Assembly (NCBI GenBank): GCA_004431415.1
Contig: QPMI01000117.1
Span: 1-64,000 of the forward strand
DNA: 64,000 nt
DNA from: Cyanophora paradoxa CCMP329
Lineage: Eukaryota > Plantae > Glaucophyta
Reading direction: 5' to 3'
Below are positions 25,359 to 38,800 of this stretch, piece by piece. Below the pieces are notes generated by a model. That model was given only the letters and a program-made list of their open reading frames with translations. It did no database searches and was not told the DNA's origin. The translations under genes and the position numbers were made by a program. Numbering within the stretch: the stretch's first letter is position 1; every line of letters begins with the position of its first letter.

Positions 25359-27777
25359 ATGGCAAGCAGCGGCGGCAGCAACGCTGCCGACGCGCCCTCG
25401 CAGCCGTGGAAGGCGCGGCTGTTCGGCTCGGCGACCATCGCCGGTCCGGAGCACAATGGCCCGGCGCATGGCGTGCTGGTCGTCTTCCAGGGCGGGCCGC
25501 CGAGCACGCGGGAGGCTCTCGTGCGGAGAGCGAAGGAGGAGGGCCTGATCCGCGACGAGCCGGGCGATGTGGTGGTGGCGCGGTGGCAGCCGCGCCTGGA
25601 TCGGTTCGACATCGTGACGAAGGCGAGCCATGCTGCAGCGGGGCGCGGCTGCGGGGCGCTGACGCGCTTCGACGTGCGCAGAACACGCGGTTCGAGTTCG
25701 AGGACGAGGAGCCGTGCTTCGTCCTGGAGCCTCGCGGGGAGGGGCTCTGCGCGAGCACCTACAGGCTCAGGCCGGCGGCGGTGCGCTGGGCTTGGAAGCC
25801 GCGCGCCGCGTTCGCGAGTGGCTGAGAGGTCGATGACGCGCAGGACGGAGCATGCGTGTGCGGCGGCACGCCCGCTCGAGCTCAAGCGTCGGACAGCGCC
25901 AGCGGAGCGAAGCGGCCGCGCGAGGAGGACGACGAGGAGGGGCGCAGTGCCGGCGAGCCCGAGGAGGAGATCGCGGCGGGCGGCAGCGCGCTGGAGCAGC
26001 TCCCGGACGGGGTCATCCTGCGGGTGCTCGAGCTCGTCGGCATCGTCGGCGCGTGCCGCATGCGCGCCGTCAGCCGGCGGCTGCGGGCGGTGGCGGCGGG
26101 GCGGGCGTCGCCGCCGCGGGAGGCGCTGCTGGACCTAATGGAGTTCCGACACCCGCACCACGTGCTGGAGAGCATAGCTCGGGAGCTCGACAGCGAGGAG
26201 CTCAGCCCCGAAGTCCACCACTTGCTGTCAGCTGCCAGCCTGCGCGTCCGCACGCACGACCCCTGTGGTGGAAGCGATGCGTACGATTACGATGATGATG
26301 AGACCCCCGTCGAGGAGACTTCGGGCTGGAGCAGCCTCGTCCGTATCCTGGGGCACCGCGCCCGCTTCGGCCCCGGCCTGGAGTCCGTGGACGTGAGCCT
26401 CTCCGTGAAGCCGTGGGGGGCGCTCGTCCTCTCCTACACCGAGCTCGTGAATGCCCTTCGGGAGGCGGGCGGCTCGCTGGAGGTCCTACGCGTGGACATC
26501 CCCGGACGCTGCTGCTTCCTCGAGGCTGGCCATGGGGAGCACCCGCCCGGCCTCTTCAGCCCCTTCGCGAAGCTGCGCGTCCTGGAGTTGCGCGCCCTCT
26601 TCGTCACCAGGCGGATTTTGGAAGATATAGTAGCTTCTCTCCCGTCGCTGAAAGCGGTGCCCTACCCGCGCGGTTCTATGCGACACCTCTTCCCCGCTCA
26701 CTTCCTTTGGCAGTTCGAGCTGAGCCCGCCCGACGCATCGACCCTCTCGGCCCTCGCGCCCCTGGCCCTGGAAGGGCTCATTCTCGCTGGGAGCATCAAG
26801 GAATCGTCGTGCCGAGGCCTGGAGAGCATCCGCAACGCCCCGGGCGCCTCCAGCTCGCTGCGCACCCTGTCCTTCCGCCGCTGGCCTCAGGACATCAACG
26901 ATAACGACGCCATCTTCCCCTTCTGCGCCTACGACGACTCGTTCAATCTGCCAGCTGCTGCTGAACTGCGCGCCTCCACTGTTCGCGCCATTGCGGCCCT
27001 TCCGAACATCGAGCGGGTGGAGGGGTACTTCCAGGTACGGGTGCCCCGACCATGGCTTCCAGTATGCGCCGTACCCGCTGCCCGCTCTGACCCTGCGCCA
27101 GATCACGGAAGGCAGCCGTGACGACGTGGCGAGCCTGGGGCAGATGCGCAAGCTCGCTTCAGCGATCAAGGTGCGCGCGCCCTTCCAATTTGCACGCGGA
27201 CGGCCTCGTGATCACGCGGTCCCGCCCGACGTAGGTCCTCGTGCAGCTCGATTCCGATGCGAGCTTCGTCCTTCTGGGCCTCGCGGACGCCGCGCGGGCC
27301 AACCCGTCTCTCCGCATCGACCTCTTCCTCGTCACATCGTCTTCCCTTCGCGGCGGGCACACGAAGGCGTCGGCGGCCGCGGTGGCGGACCTGGTCGCCG
27401 CGGCCCCCGACGCCCTCCGCCACGTCACCGTCCTGGCGCAGGGGCCCCTCCCTTTCCGCCTCCCCGCGGCCCTGGCACGCCTCGGCCCCAAGACCCGCTC
27501 CCTCCGCATTGCGCACGGCGTGAGCTCGCTCCGCGACCTCCAGCCGTACTGCGCCTTCCAGGGGATGGCGCGCCCCTCGCCGGCCTTCGCTTTCAGCGTG
27601 CTCGTGGCGGCGCCGCACCACCGGACGACCCTGCTCGAGATGGCCCCCACAGACCTGGCCCTGCACCTCCCCCCGTTCGCCTCCCGCTCTTTCTCCCACC
27701 GAAACTTTCTATACCTTCATTGGGGAAGGACCCCCTTCCCCTTCCCCCACTTGGGGGTGTTCGGGTGCCCACCCTAG
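25359..27777 (+). CDS. F-box protein with LRR-like region, copy 2
   Basis: F-box ALEQLPDGVILRVLELVGIVGACRMRAVSRRLRAV. Intron positions are broadly the same as in copy 1, while the LRR region is strongly diverged. Stop TAG at 27775-27777. Confidence 0.83.
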
Positions 27778-29619
27778 GCCAAAATGAAATGTCCCGACCT
27801 CCCAAAACCCGGGATTTCTCGCCGCATCCTAGCAAGGCATGTCTCTAGGAGTCCGGAAACGTGTACCCGGAGATCCGGGTCCCGTCGGGTCGACCAGGAA
27901 TGGGCAATAACACATTTTCAAAAAATGCTACCTAGCGCCTCACCAAGTGGCGGTATATCTGCCGGATCGAGTGCGCCTGAATGCGCCTGATACGCCCGAC
28001 GATTCATGTCATACATGCCGAGACCGGAGGGGCACAGGGTGGTCCGCTAGGCCGCCTCAAGTACCTGTTGTACCGGACGCCGGAAAAAAGAGCTCCTGCG
28101 AGTCGGGAGCCGATTGCTGGGTACGCAGTACTACGTTCTTGCCATGGCGCGCCGAGGCGGACGAGGGCGCGGTGCGGACCTGCCGCCTGACATATCCGAA
28201 AGCGAAGTTCAGCTCTGCTCGACGCCGTATCGGCTTGCCGGACTTCCGCGTGTGGCGTCCGTCGACATCGAGCCGACCACGGCGAGTGCGCGCCGAGGTT
28301 CTGCTCTGCTGCATGGATCGCTCGCCCGGGCCGGGCCGCTCGAGCATCACTCGTGCGCTCGCTCGTGCGCTCGCCGGCGCCGCGTGTGGCGCTGCCGTCG
28401 GCGCTGCCACGCTCCACGCTCCACCGATTCCGGCCGCACCAGGTACGAACTCGACCACCGCCGCGCCGCCCTATATAGCTAGGCCTCTCACTTCCCGCGA
28501 GACGCAGCAGCGAGCGTCGCAGCTGGGCATCAACATGTACATCGCATCTGCAGCTGTTCCATCGGTGCGCATGCTGCCCAGCTGTGCTCGTCGCTCCCTC
28601 TACCGCGGGGGAAGGGTCCGGTTGCATGACTCATGCTTGCCACCCTCAGTCTTGCATTTGCAACCGCATGCAATCGACCGGGTTGAGCCGCTAGCAAGCA
28701 TCACATCACCTCCAAGACCTCGGCCTCCGCCTCCGCTGACGGCGCGCCCGTCCGCCTTGCTGCGCTCCTCGTACGCGTCCGCGCTCAGCGGCTAGTACGC
28801 CAAGCGCCTGCCGCTGCGCCGGCGCCTAGCCTCCGCCCGCGCCGACGCCGGCCAACGCAGCGGGCGGCGGCGCGGCTCGCGGGGCGAGGCGGAGGCGCGG
28901 CGGGCGGCGGCGCGGGTCGCCGGGCGGGGCGGAGGCACGGCGGGCGGCGGAGCAGCTCGCGGGCGGGGCGGGAGGCGCTGCGGGCGGCGGAGCGGCTATC
29001 CGGGCGGGGCGGAGTCGCGGCGGGCGGCGGCGCGTCTCGACGGGCAGGGCGGAGGGCGGAGGCGCAGGGCGGGGTGCCGCGGCGGAGGCGCTGCGGGCGG
29101 CGGCGCTTCTCAAGATCTAGTCCTCCGCTGAGCTAGATCTCGTCCTCGAGCTCCCCCACTTCTGAAAAGCACCGGCTCACTATCTATCTCCACACTAGTC
29201 CACACTATCTCGGCTCCAAGCTAACGTGACCAGCTGCAGGGGTGAACTTTCCTGCTCAACCTTTAGAGGTCCTTCCCCTCCAACAGGGGCAGTGCAACTG
29301 CAGTGTCCCTGTTCCGTTCATGATATCAGTGATCTAGATGCATATGCCTCCTCCAGCGATGATCCACACTGTGACAGCGATGATTTCCTGCAGCTGAGCC
29401 TGCTAGATGATCGTGATCGACATCATGATCAGTGGTCTCATGATCGACGTCATGATCAGTGGTCTAGATCTAGATGCCCCCGGGTATATACGTACAGATT
29501 ACACATCACGGCATCAAACACATAACTAGTAGCCTAGTAAGACCGTCGCCGGACGACGAGGGCCGGGGGCGGGCTGCCTGGCAGGCTAGTGCTAGGGGGC
29601 AGGTTGGGGGCCCCGGACC

Positions 29620-30112
29620 CTCTGGCAGGATGCGAGGCGCTGGCGCGCGGCGGGCATAGGACCGGCCCCGCGCGCCGCCCACGCCAGCGCCTCACGGCGA
29701 ATCGAAGACGAGGGGCTCGGGAAGCTTTAAGGGCCGCTCCGTCGCCCGGAGCTCGCGGCGGGGCTCCAGGACGGCTGGGGAGGACGGCGGAGGCGGACCG
29801 AGGGGCGACAGGGCGCCCGCAAGCGCGGGCCGGGGGGCAGGGGCGCCGGCGCCGGCGCCGGCCCCGGCGCCGGCCCCGAGACGGCGACGCGGCGGAGGGA
29901 GGCCCGAGCGGCGGTGAGGCTTCAAGGCTGAGGTCGATCGCGGCGCCGGCCGCCCCGATCGGCTCGCCGGCTCGCCTGTGAGGAAGAGGAAGAGGTCGGG
30001 GCGCAGGGCGGGGTCCGCGCAGGCCGCCTCCGCCAGGCCAGGCCCCGCGGGACGGCAGCGCGCCGGCGGGCCCGTGCGCGCCGTCGAACCGTACGCAGAC
30101 CTGCAGCGCGCG

Positions 30113-30156
<44 letters not shown>

Positions 30157-31470
30157 CGCACGGGAGGAGGCGCACGGGCCGCGAGGGAGGGGCCGCGTCT
30201 GCAGTGAGGCACGGCGGCGCGCTCGAGCTTGCGCCAGGCTACGAAGGTCCTCTTGAGCGTCGTCGGCCTGCGCGCAGCCATGAACTGGCGCAGGGGGTAC
30301 GTGTACTTCAAGGCTGGCGATATACCCTCTTGCCGACGGCGCACCTCGATGTACCCGTGCACCCGCTCGAGTCTCGGTAGGGACGAGAGGACGCGGTCGG
30401 CCGAGCTCGGGAACACGAAGTTTGCCGGCGGACCGGGGGGGGGGGAGGGGGAGGGGGGGTAAGGGAGGGGGCGCCCGCCTCGCGGCGGGGTACGGGTCGA
30501 GGCGCAGCGGGCGGAAGGAGAGGACGCGGAAGGAGAGGACGCGGGGGAGCGGGAGGAGGGAAAGGGGGAGGGGGGAGGAGGGAAGGGGGGAGGGGGAGGA
30601 GGGAAGGGGGGGGCAGGGGAGGGGGGAGGGGGGAGTTGGGGGGGCGGCGGGAGCTCTGGAAAGGTCGCCCAGCAGCCTGTCGGGAGCGGCACGCCGGCCT
30701 CCAAGGCGAGAGACAGGTCTTCCAGCCCCGCAGGCCCGACCGCGTCGAGGAGCAGGCCCCAGGCCGTCGGCAGCTCAGCTGCGGCCAGCCATTAGCTTGG
30801 AGGGGCAGGTGCGGCGAAGGGCGGCGCACCGCCTTCAGCGATGGGAGGGAGGCAGCGACGCCGGCCAGCGTGGTCGCGTCGACGGCGAGGGAGCGGGGAT
30901 TCGCGAATTCGAACGGGCCGGGCGGAAGAGGCCGGCGCGGGCTCGTGCGCGCGCAGCCCGCCGAGCCTGCCGCCGGCGCCGGCGACGTCGACGTCGACGT
31001 CGACGTCGAAGCTCAAGGCGAGGACCTCCAGCGAGCCGCCGGCGCGCTCAGCTGGAGCGAAGCGACGGCGCGCTCGAGCCAGGAGACGGGCCGGGAGGCC
31101 GCGGATCCGGATCCGGAGGGGCTGACCATGGCGCGCCCGCACGCTGGGCCGAGGCCTAGGACGAGCTCCGCGGGCTCTCGCGCCTCGCGTACGGGTGCCG
31201 GTCGCGGCGGAGCGCCCGGGGCCGGTCGAGAGCACGCGGTGCGGCTCGTCGATCCCGGTCAGGTCCAACTGGCAACGATTTGGTCCACCGCCCGCAGCCG
31301 CCGGCTGACAGCGCGCATGCGGCACGCGCCGACGATGCCGACGAGCTCGAGCACCCGCAGGATGATCCCGTCCGGCAGCTGCTCCCTCCCCTCCCCCCCC
31401 CCCCCCCCCCCTCCCCCCCGCCCCCCTGCCCCTCCTGCTCCCCCGGCCCGCCGCGGCGCTGCCATGCATA
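29620..31470 (-). pseudogene. Decayed, inverted third F-box/LRR paralog
   Basis: EQLPDGIILRVLELVGIVGACRMRAVSRRLRAV (31385-31285) is followed by an early stop. Homologous fragments (LDLTG, AGGSLEVL, SLPSLKAV, LPRLERVHGYIEV) lie in shifting frames. Confidence 0.72.
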
Positions 31471-32827
31471 TGGCCTAGGCCTCTGGCTCGGCCGGCGGGG
31501 ACGGCCGCGGCGCCGCCTCTGGCGCGGCCAGCTGCAGCTCGATAAAATTTAGACTCCACCTTGCACTTCCTGAGAGGAGCAGGGGGCGCGGGCGAGTCGA
31601 AGACCTAGTACTAGTAGGCCTAGATTGCTCCTCCGTTTCTGATGTGAGTTTTCATCATAATGCGTACTGTAGATCTAGAACTAGAACTAGATCTAGATCT
31701 AGCTAGATAAGATCATGATCATTATGCAGTTTTTATCATAATGTATACGTAATTAAAGTTCGCAATCATGTAACGTCGGCGGTGGCAGACTCTGAGACCT
31801 GGTCGCCGCGGCCCCCGACTTCCCCCGCCGCGTCCTCGCCTTATAAATTTAAGCTTTCCGATCCGCCTCCCCGCAGCCCCGCAGCTAGCACGCCTCGGCC
31901 CGGCCCCAGGACGCGCTCCTTCCAGATCGATGTCCGCATGCGCATGCGCATCGCCCATGCCCTGGCGCGCCCCTAGGCCTCGCCGGGCTTCGATTTTGCA
32001 TTCGGCGTGCGCATTGCCGCCCCGCATCTCCGGAATTCGAAGACGCTGCTCCGGATCCGGGGGAAGGGGGGGTTGGGGGGAGGGTGGCGGGCCGGGGCGC
32101 GGGGGGTTGGGGGAGATGGAGGGGAAAGCCTCGGAGAGGGGGGGGGGGGGGGGGGGGGAAGTTGGGTGATCCGGAGGGGAGCCAGAGCCCCCCTGCTCGT
32201 GATCACCTGCAGGCGCGGCCGTTTTCGCCTGCAAGCCTCCCAGGCCTTTTCAAGATCTGTCCTTGGCTGCAGGCTTTACAGCATGTCCATTAATTCTACA
32301 ACTTATGAGTAGGCCTGCGCATGCCCCTTCCCTAGCTTCGGATCCCGGTTCTCCGATCCCCGCCTTGCCCCATTCCCTGTTCGGACGTCTACATGCCTCT
32401 TCCTTAGGCCTTCCGAGGATACGACTATACTACATGAATATGTCACATTCACATCATGTTGTATTCGCAGCATGGCATCACACTTATAGCTATAGAAACA
32501 AATTTCAATCCCTCGTTCATCACTGAGTCAAAATCGTTATCAAAGAGCTTCCCGAAGCTTAAGTTCAGGCTCTCGATATATATCCTGTAGCCAATATCAT
32601 AGCTATATAGCTACGATAGCTATCGATATCGAAAATCAATGTGCATGGACAGCAAGTAAAAATTCGCCGGGCCGGATCCGAGCTCGAGATTAGCGTTTTC
32701 GCGATCGACGCACTCTGCCTATAGCTATATAAACTCTACGTCTATACATATGCCATGCTGATCGAACACCTTTATTTGGAGAATTGGATACCCCGCCGTG
32801 ACGCATGTGGAGCAGCCTGGCAGTCAA

Positions 32828-35800
32828 CTATTTGCCCAGCATCGCCGCAAGCTTGCACGGGAGGCAGATGGAGGAGCATGGCGGCGAGGCGGGGCCGGGG
32901 ACACCTGCCGCGTTGACTGGCTGCACCGTGAACTCGTTCATCTGGCCCGTCGGCAGGTCGGTGAGCTGGTAGGAAGTCTGCGAGGAAGTGAAGTCAGCGA
33001 TGAACCCCGAATATTACTTATCTGAAGTACATGTGCAGAGCTAAAGTATTAAAGCACTACATGCAACCCTCGCATGCACACCTGGTTTCCGGGGACCCTG
33101 GCGACCGGCAGGCCGTTTTGGAGCACCATGTACTCGGCGGGGGGGCCGTTCACCGGCGGGTCCCACGTCAGAGTGCCCGTCGTGCTCGACAGAATGCCCT
33201 GGTACACGTGCACGCGCCGACGAGAGTTAGAATTCGGATTTAATCGACGCCGATCGCGAGTGCGCATGCCGGCACGCACCTGGTCAACGTTGGTGAGTTG
33301 AACGTTCGAGGGCGCGGCCGGGTTGGTCGAGCGCTGCGGGGCGGCCTTCTGGCCCTCCGTCGGGTCCGGCACAACGACCGGCGCCGAGCCAGCGGCGGGC
33401 GCGGGTCCGCTGGCGGTGACGGGTACGACGGAGACGACGGGGCTTGAGCCCGCCGGAAGGCTCCCGATTTCGTACTCAGTGGAGGTCGGCGGGAGCGTCG
33501 CGACCGTCGCGCCGTTGACAACGACGTTGTACCCCTGGAGGCGTCCGTTGCCGAAGGCCTTGCCCGTGGGACGGTTCCACTTCAGCGTGGCGCTGCTAGC
33601 GGAGCTGGGCGCAGCGGTGAGCTGCACCGCCGAGCTCGGGTCCGACGTCGACGTCGACGGAGCGCTGGCCGCCAGGGGAAACGAGGCAGTCCCCGAGGTC
33701 CCAGAGGGACCCATGGGCACGACCTGGAACGGGAGGGATCGCGTAAACATCGAGTAAATATAAACATTGATTTTAGTGCGACGTTAGCATCGGTAATTAA
33801 TAAATGCTTGCCTGGTACTTGGCGGAGGCGCCTGGAGAGGCGGCGGGGACGAGGACGGCAGTCTGGGATCCGGGAACCACGGAAATGACCTGCGAAAATT
33901 AAAGAACTCGTGCTCAGCATCGTGGATATATATATAATCCATTCATGACCATGATCAATCAATGCAACCGCACCTTGCCGTTCGCCATGACGGCGTACGT
34001 AGTGGCGGGTCCGGATGCAGGGTGGCTCCACGAGAGCGAGCTGCCACCAGTACCCCCGCGGCCGCCAGCTTGCGTGAGGCGCAAGTTGGAGGGGGCGTTC
34101 TCGTCGGGGGCCGGGCCAGCCACAACGCCCGGGAAGGAAACAGTGTGGCTAATATCGGCGAGAGTTGCGGCCGAAGGGGCGGCGTACAGAGCCGCGCCGC
34201 TGACGCGGGCCAAATCGGAGCCCGCGGGGGCGCGGGCGGGCGAGGTCGCGCGGCCGTACGAATCCGTGCGCGGGCTTGTCGGCGAGGCCGACAGCCCGTC
34301 CGAGCCGGACGCTGCGCCGCCATACCCGGCGCCGCTCAGAGCCGCAGCACCGACGCCGGCGTACGGGCCCAGCCCGAAGCCGGATCCGGAGCTGCCACTG
34401 GTGACCGGATTCGAGGCCGGCCCCACGGCGCCGTTCGACGCGACCGGCACAACCTGGTAGACGCTGCCCGGCTCGCCGCCCTTCGGCGAGACGTCGAACG
34501 AGGTCTGGCTCGCCGGGACGCTGCCGAGGACCTTGCCGTCGCCGATCACGGCGTAGCTCGCGGGACTGCCAACACGGGGACGACTCCACGAGAGGCGGCC
34601 CGACGAGCCGAAGAGACCCGGCGAGCTCGAGAGCTGCAGGTTCGACGGCGCCATGTCCGCGGGGCTCGCGGGGCCCGCGCCGGAGCCAGCTGGGTACGAG
34701 GCGAGCGGCACGCTGTTGCTGGCGGGGCCCGCGGGGCTGCCCGACGACGACAGGGGCACCACCGAGAAGTACGAATTGGCCGCGGCGCTCGCGCTGAGGC
34801 CCTTGGGGACGAACGTGTTGACACCCGACGGCGAGGCCTTGGCGGTGGCGACCTGGCGGCCGTCCTGCAGGACGCCGAAGCTGCCGCGCGAGTTCGCGTC
34901 AGCGCCCCGCGGCACCGCGAAATACGCGCGAATCGCGCATCACGCACCTCGGGACGCTGCCCAGGGTCGCAGGAGTGGTCCACGCCAGCAGCGCGCTCGG
35001 GCTGGCGCCCGAGCCCGCCGGCGTCGAGGTCAGCGCGATGCCGGAGCTCGGGTCGCTCGGGAGCGAGGCCGCGAGCGGCGACGAGGTCGGGCCCGCGACG
35101 CCGTTGCTGTCAAACGGCACCACCTGCAGGGCCGAGGCGCCGCCGTTGGTCGGCAGGCCCGAGACCGGGACGGAGGTCTGGTTGCCGGGGACCGACGCCA
35201 CGGGCTTGCCGTCCTTGAGGACGGTGTACGAGGCGGGCGAGCCCGAGGCCGGGCGCTTCCACGAGAGGGTGGCGGAGCCGGGGCCGCTGCCGTTGAAGCT
35301 GCTGAGCGCGAGGCTCGAGGGGCGAGCGGGCTGGGGGCGGGGGCGTCCACGCCAGAGCCGGCGATGCCCGCGCCGGGACCCGACGAGGGGCCGTACGGTC
35401 CGGCACCAGCGCCACTGTACTCCGGCCCGCCAGCGCCGCTGTAGGCGGGCGCAGGGCCCGAGCCGCTGGTGGCAGTGTTCGAGGCCGGCCCCACGGCGCC
35501 GTTCGACGCGACCGGCACAACCTGGTAGACGCTGCCCGGCTCGCCGCCCTTCGGCGAGACGTCGAACGAGGTCTGGCTCGCCGGGACGCTGCCGAGGACC
35601 TTGCCGTCGCCGATCACGGCGTAGCTCGCGGGGCGTCCCGCCCGAGGTGGGCTCCACGAGAGGCGGCCCGACGAGCCGAAGAGGCCCGGCGAGCTCGTGA
35701 GCTGCAGGTTCGACGGCGCCATGTCCGCGGGGCTCGCGGGGCCCGCGCCGGAGCCAGCTGGGTACGAGGCGAGCGGCACGCTGTTGCTGGCGGGGCCCGC

Positions 35801-38800
35801 GGGGCTGCCCGACGACGACAGGGGCACCACCGAGAAGTACGAGTTGGCCGCGGCGCTCGCGCTGAGGCCCTTGGGGACGAACGTGTTGACGCCCGACGGC
35901 GAGGCCTTGGCGGTGGCGACCTGGCGGCCGTCCTGCAGGACGCCGAAGCTGCCGCGCGAGTTCGCGTCAGCGCCCCGCGGCACCGCGAAAACCGTGCGAG
36001 TCGCGCATCGCGCATCGCGCACCTCGGGACGCTGCCCAGGGTCGCAGGAGTGGTCCACGCCAGCAGCGCGCTCGGGCTGGCGCCGGAGCCCCCCGGCGTC
36101 GAGGTCAGCGCGATGCCGGAGCTCGGGTCGCTCGGGAGCGAGGCCGCGAGCGGCGACGAGGCCGGGCCCGCGACGCCGTTGCTGTCGAACGGCACCACCT
36201 GCAGGGCCGAGGCGCCGCCGTTGGTCGGCAGGCCCGAGACCGGGACGGAGGTCTGGTTGCCGGGGACCGACGCCACGGGCTTGCCGTCCTTGAAGACGGC
36301 GTACGAGGCGGGCGAGCCCGAGGCCGGGCGCTTCCACGAGAGGGTGGCGGAGCCGGGGCCGCTGCCGTTGAAGGTGCTAAGCGCGAGGCTCGAGGGGGCG
36401 AGCGGGCTGGGGGCGGGGGCGTCCACGCCAGAGCCGGCGATGCCTGCTCCCGGGCTGGACGCGCTCGACGGCGTGAAGCCGGTGCCAAAGCTGCCCGATC
36501 CGGAGCCCGCGGGGGCGCGGGCCGGCGAGGTCGCGCGGCCGTACGAATCCGTGCGCAGGCTAGCCGGCGAGGCCGACAGCCCGTCCGAGCCTGACGCTGC
36601 ACCGCCATACCCGGCGCCGCTCAGAGCCGCAGCACCGACACCGGCGTACGGGCCCAGCCCGAAGCCAGATCCGGAGCTGCCACTGGTGACCGGATTCGAG
36701 GCCGGCCCCACGGCGCCGTTCGACGCGACCGGCACAACCTGGTAGACGCTGCCCGGCTCTCCGCCCTTCGGCGAGACGTCGAACGAGATCTGGCTCGCCG
36801 GGACGCTGCCGAGGACCTTGCCGTCGCCGACCACGGCGTAGCTCGCGGGGCGTCCCGCCCGAGGCGGGCTCCACGAGAGGCGGCCCGACGAGCCGAAGAG
36901 GCCCGGCGAGCTCGTGAGCTGCAGGTTTGACGGCGCCATGTCCGTGGGACTCGCGGGGCCCGCGCCGGAGCCGGCCGGGTACGAGGCGAGCGGCACGCTG
37001 TTGCTGGCGGGGCCCGCGGGGCTGCCCGACGACGACAGGGGCACCACCGAGAAGTACGAGTTGGCCGCGGCGCTCGCGCTGAGGCCCTTGGGGACGAACG
37101 TGTTGACACCCGACGGCGAGGCCTTGGCGGTGGCGACCTGGCGGCCGTCCTGCAGGACGCCGAAGCTGCCGCGCGAGTTCGCGTCAGCGCCCCGCGGCAC
37201 CGCGAAAAGCCGAGATAAAGCGCGAATCGCGCATCGCGCACCTCGGGACGCTGCCCAGGGTCGCAGGAGTGGTCCACGCCAGCAGCGCGCTCGGGCTGGC
37301 GCCCGAGCCCGCCGGCGTCGATGTCAGCGCGATGCCGGAGCTCGGGTCGCTCGGGAGCGAGGCCGCGAGCGGCGACGAGGCCGGGCCCGCGACGCCGTTG
37401 CTGTCGAACGGCACCACCTGCAGGGCCGAGGCGCCGCCGTTGGTCGGCAGGCCCGAGACCGGGACGGAGGTCTGGTTGCCGGGGACCGACGCCACGGGCT
37501 TGCCGTCCTTGAGGACGGTGTACGAGGCGGGCGAGCCCGAGGCCGGGCGCTTCCACGAGAGGGTGGCGGAGCCGGGGCCGCTGCCGTTGAAGCTGCTGAG
37601 CGCGAGGCTCGAGGGGGCGAGCGGGCTGGGGGCGGGGGCGTCCACGCCAGAGCCGGCGATGCCCGCGCCAGAACCCGACGAGGGGCCGTACGGTCCGGCA
37701 CCAGCGCCACTGTACTCCGGCCCGCCAGCGCCGCTGTAGGCGGGCGCAGGGCCCGAGCCGCTGGTGGCAGTGTTCGAGGCCGGCCCCACGGCGCCGTTCG
37801 ACGCGACCGGCACAACCTGGTAGACGCTGCCCGGCTCGCCGCCCTTCGGCGAGACGTCGAACGAGGTCTGGCTCGCCGGGACGCTGCCGAGGACCTTGCC
37901 GTCGCCGATCACGGCGTAGCTCGCGGGGCGTCCCGCCCGAGGCGGGCTCCACGAGAGGCGGCCCGACGAGCCGAAGAGGCCCGGCGAGCTCGTGAGCTGC
38001 AGGTTTGACGGCGCCATGTCCGCGGGGCTCGCGGGGCCCGCGCCGGAGCCGGCCGGGTACGAGGCGAGCGGCACGCTGTTGCTGGCGGGGCCCGCGGGGC
38101 TGCCCGACGACGACAGGGGCACCACCGAGAAGTACGAGTTGGCCGCGGCGCTCGCGCTGAGGCCCTTGGGGACGAACGTGTTGACACCCGACGGCGAGGC
38201 CTTGGCGGTCGCGACCTGGCGGCCGTCCTGCAGGACGCCGAAGCTGCCGCGCGAGTTCGCGTCAGCGCCCCGCGGCACCGCGAAAATCCGAGATAAAGCG
38301 CGAATCGCGCATCGCGCACCTCGGGACGCTGCCCAGGGTCGCAGGAGTGGTCCACGCCAGCAGCGCGCTCGGGCTGGCGCCGGAGCCCGCCGGCGTCGAG
38401 GTCAGCGCGATGCCGGAGCTCGGGTCGCTCGGGAGCGAGGCCGCGAGCGGCGACGAGGCCGGGCCCGCGACGCCGTTGCTGTCGAACGGCACCACCTGCA
38501 GGGCCGAGGCGCCGCCGTTGGTCGGCAGGCCCGAGACCGGGACGGAGGTCTGGTTGCCGGGGACCGACGCCACGGGCTTGCCGTCCTTGAGGACGGTGTA
38601 CGAGGCGGGCGAGCCCGAGGCCGGGCGCTTCCACGAGAGGGTGGCGGAGCCGGGGCCGCTGCCGTTGAAGGTGCTGAGCGCGAGGCTCGAGGGGGCGAGC
38701 GGGCTGGGGGCGGGGGCGTCCACGCCAGAGCCGGCGATGCCTGCTCCCGGGCTGGACGCGCTCGACGGCGTGAAGCCGGTGCCAAAGCTGCCCGATCCGG

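Larger units (their letters stand above)
20770..27700. repeat. Tandem segmental duplication of the DnaJ/F-box pair (copy 1 ~20770-24110, copy 2 ~24368-27700; offset ~3.62 kb)
   Basis: gaggccgaacggctgcc occurs at 20790 and 24411. The DnaJ ATGs at 21548 and 25169 are 3621 apart. The 3' ends (ttccaggggatggcgcgcccctcgccggccttcgc) also match. Confidence 0.93.

Noticed and set aside
27780-29530. ORFs at 27947-28795 and GC-rich degenerate repeats at 28850-29105 as a gene or transposon
   Set aside because: No recognisable domain, terminal repeats or convincing splice chain.
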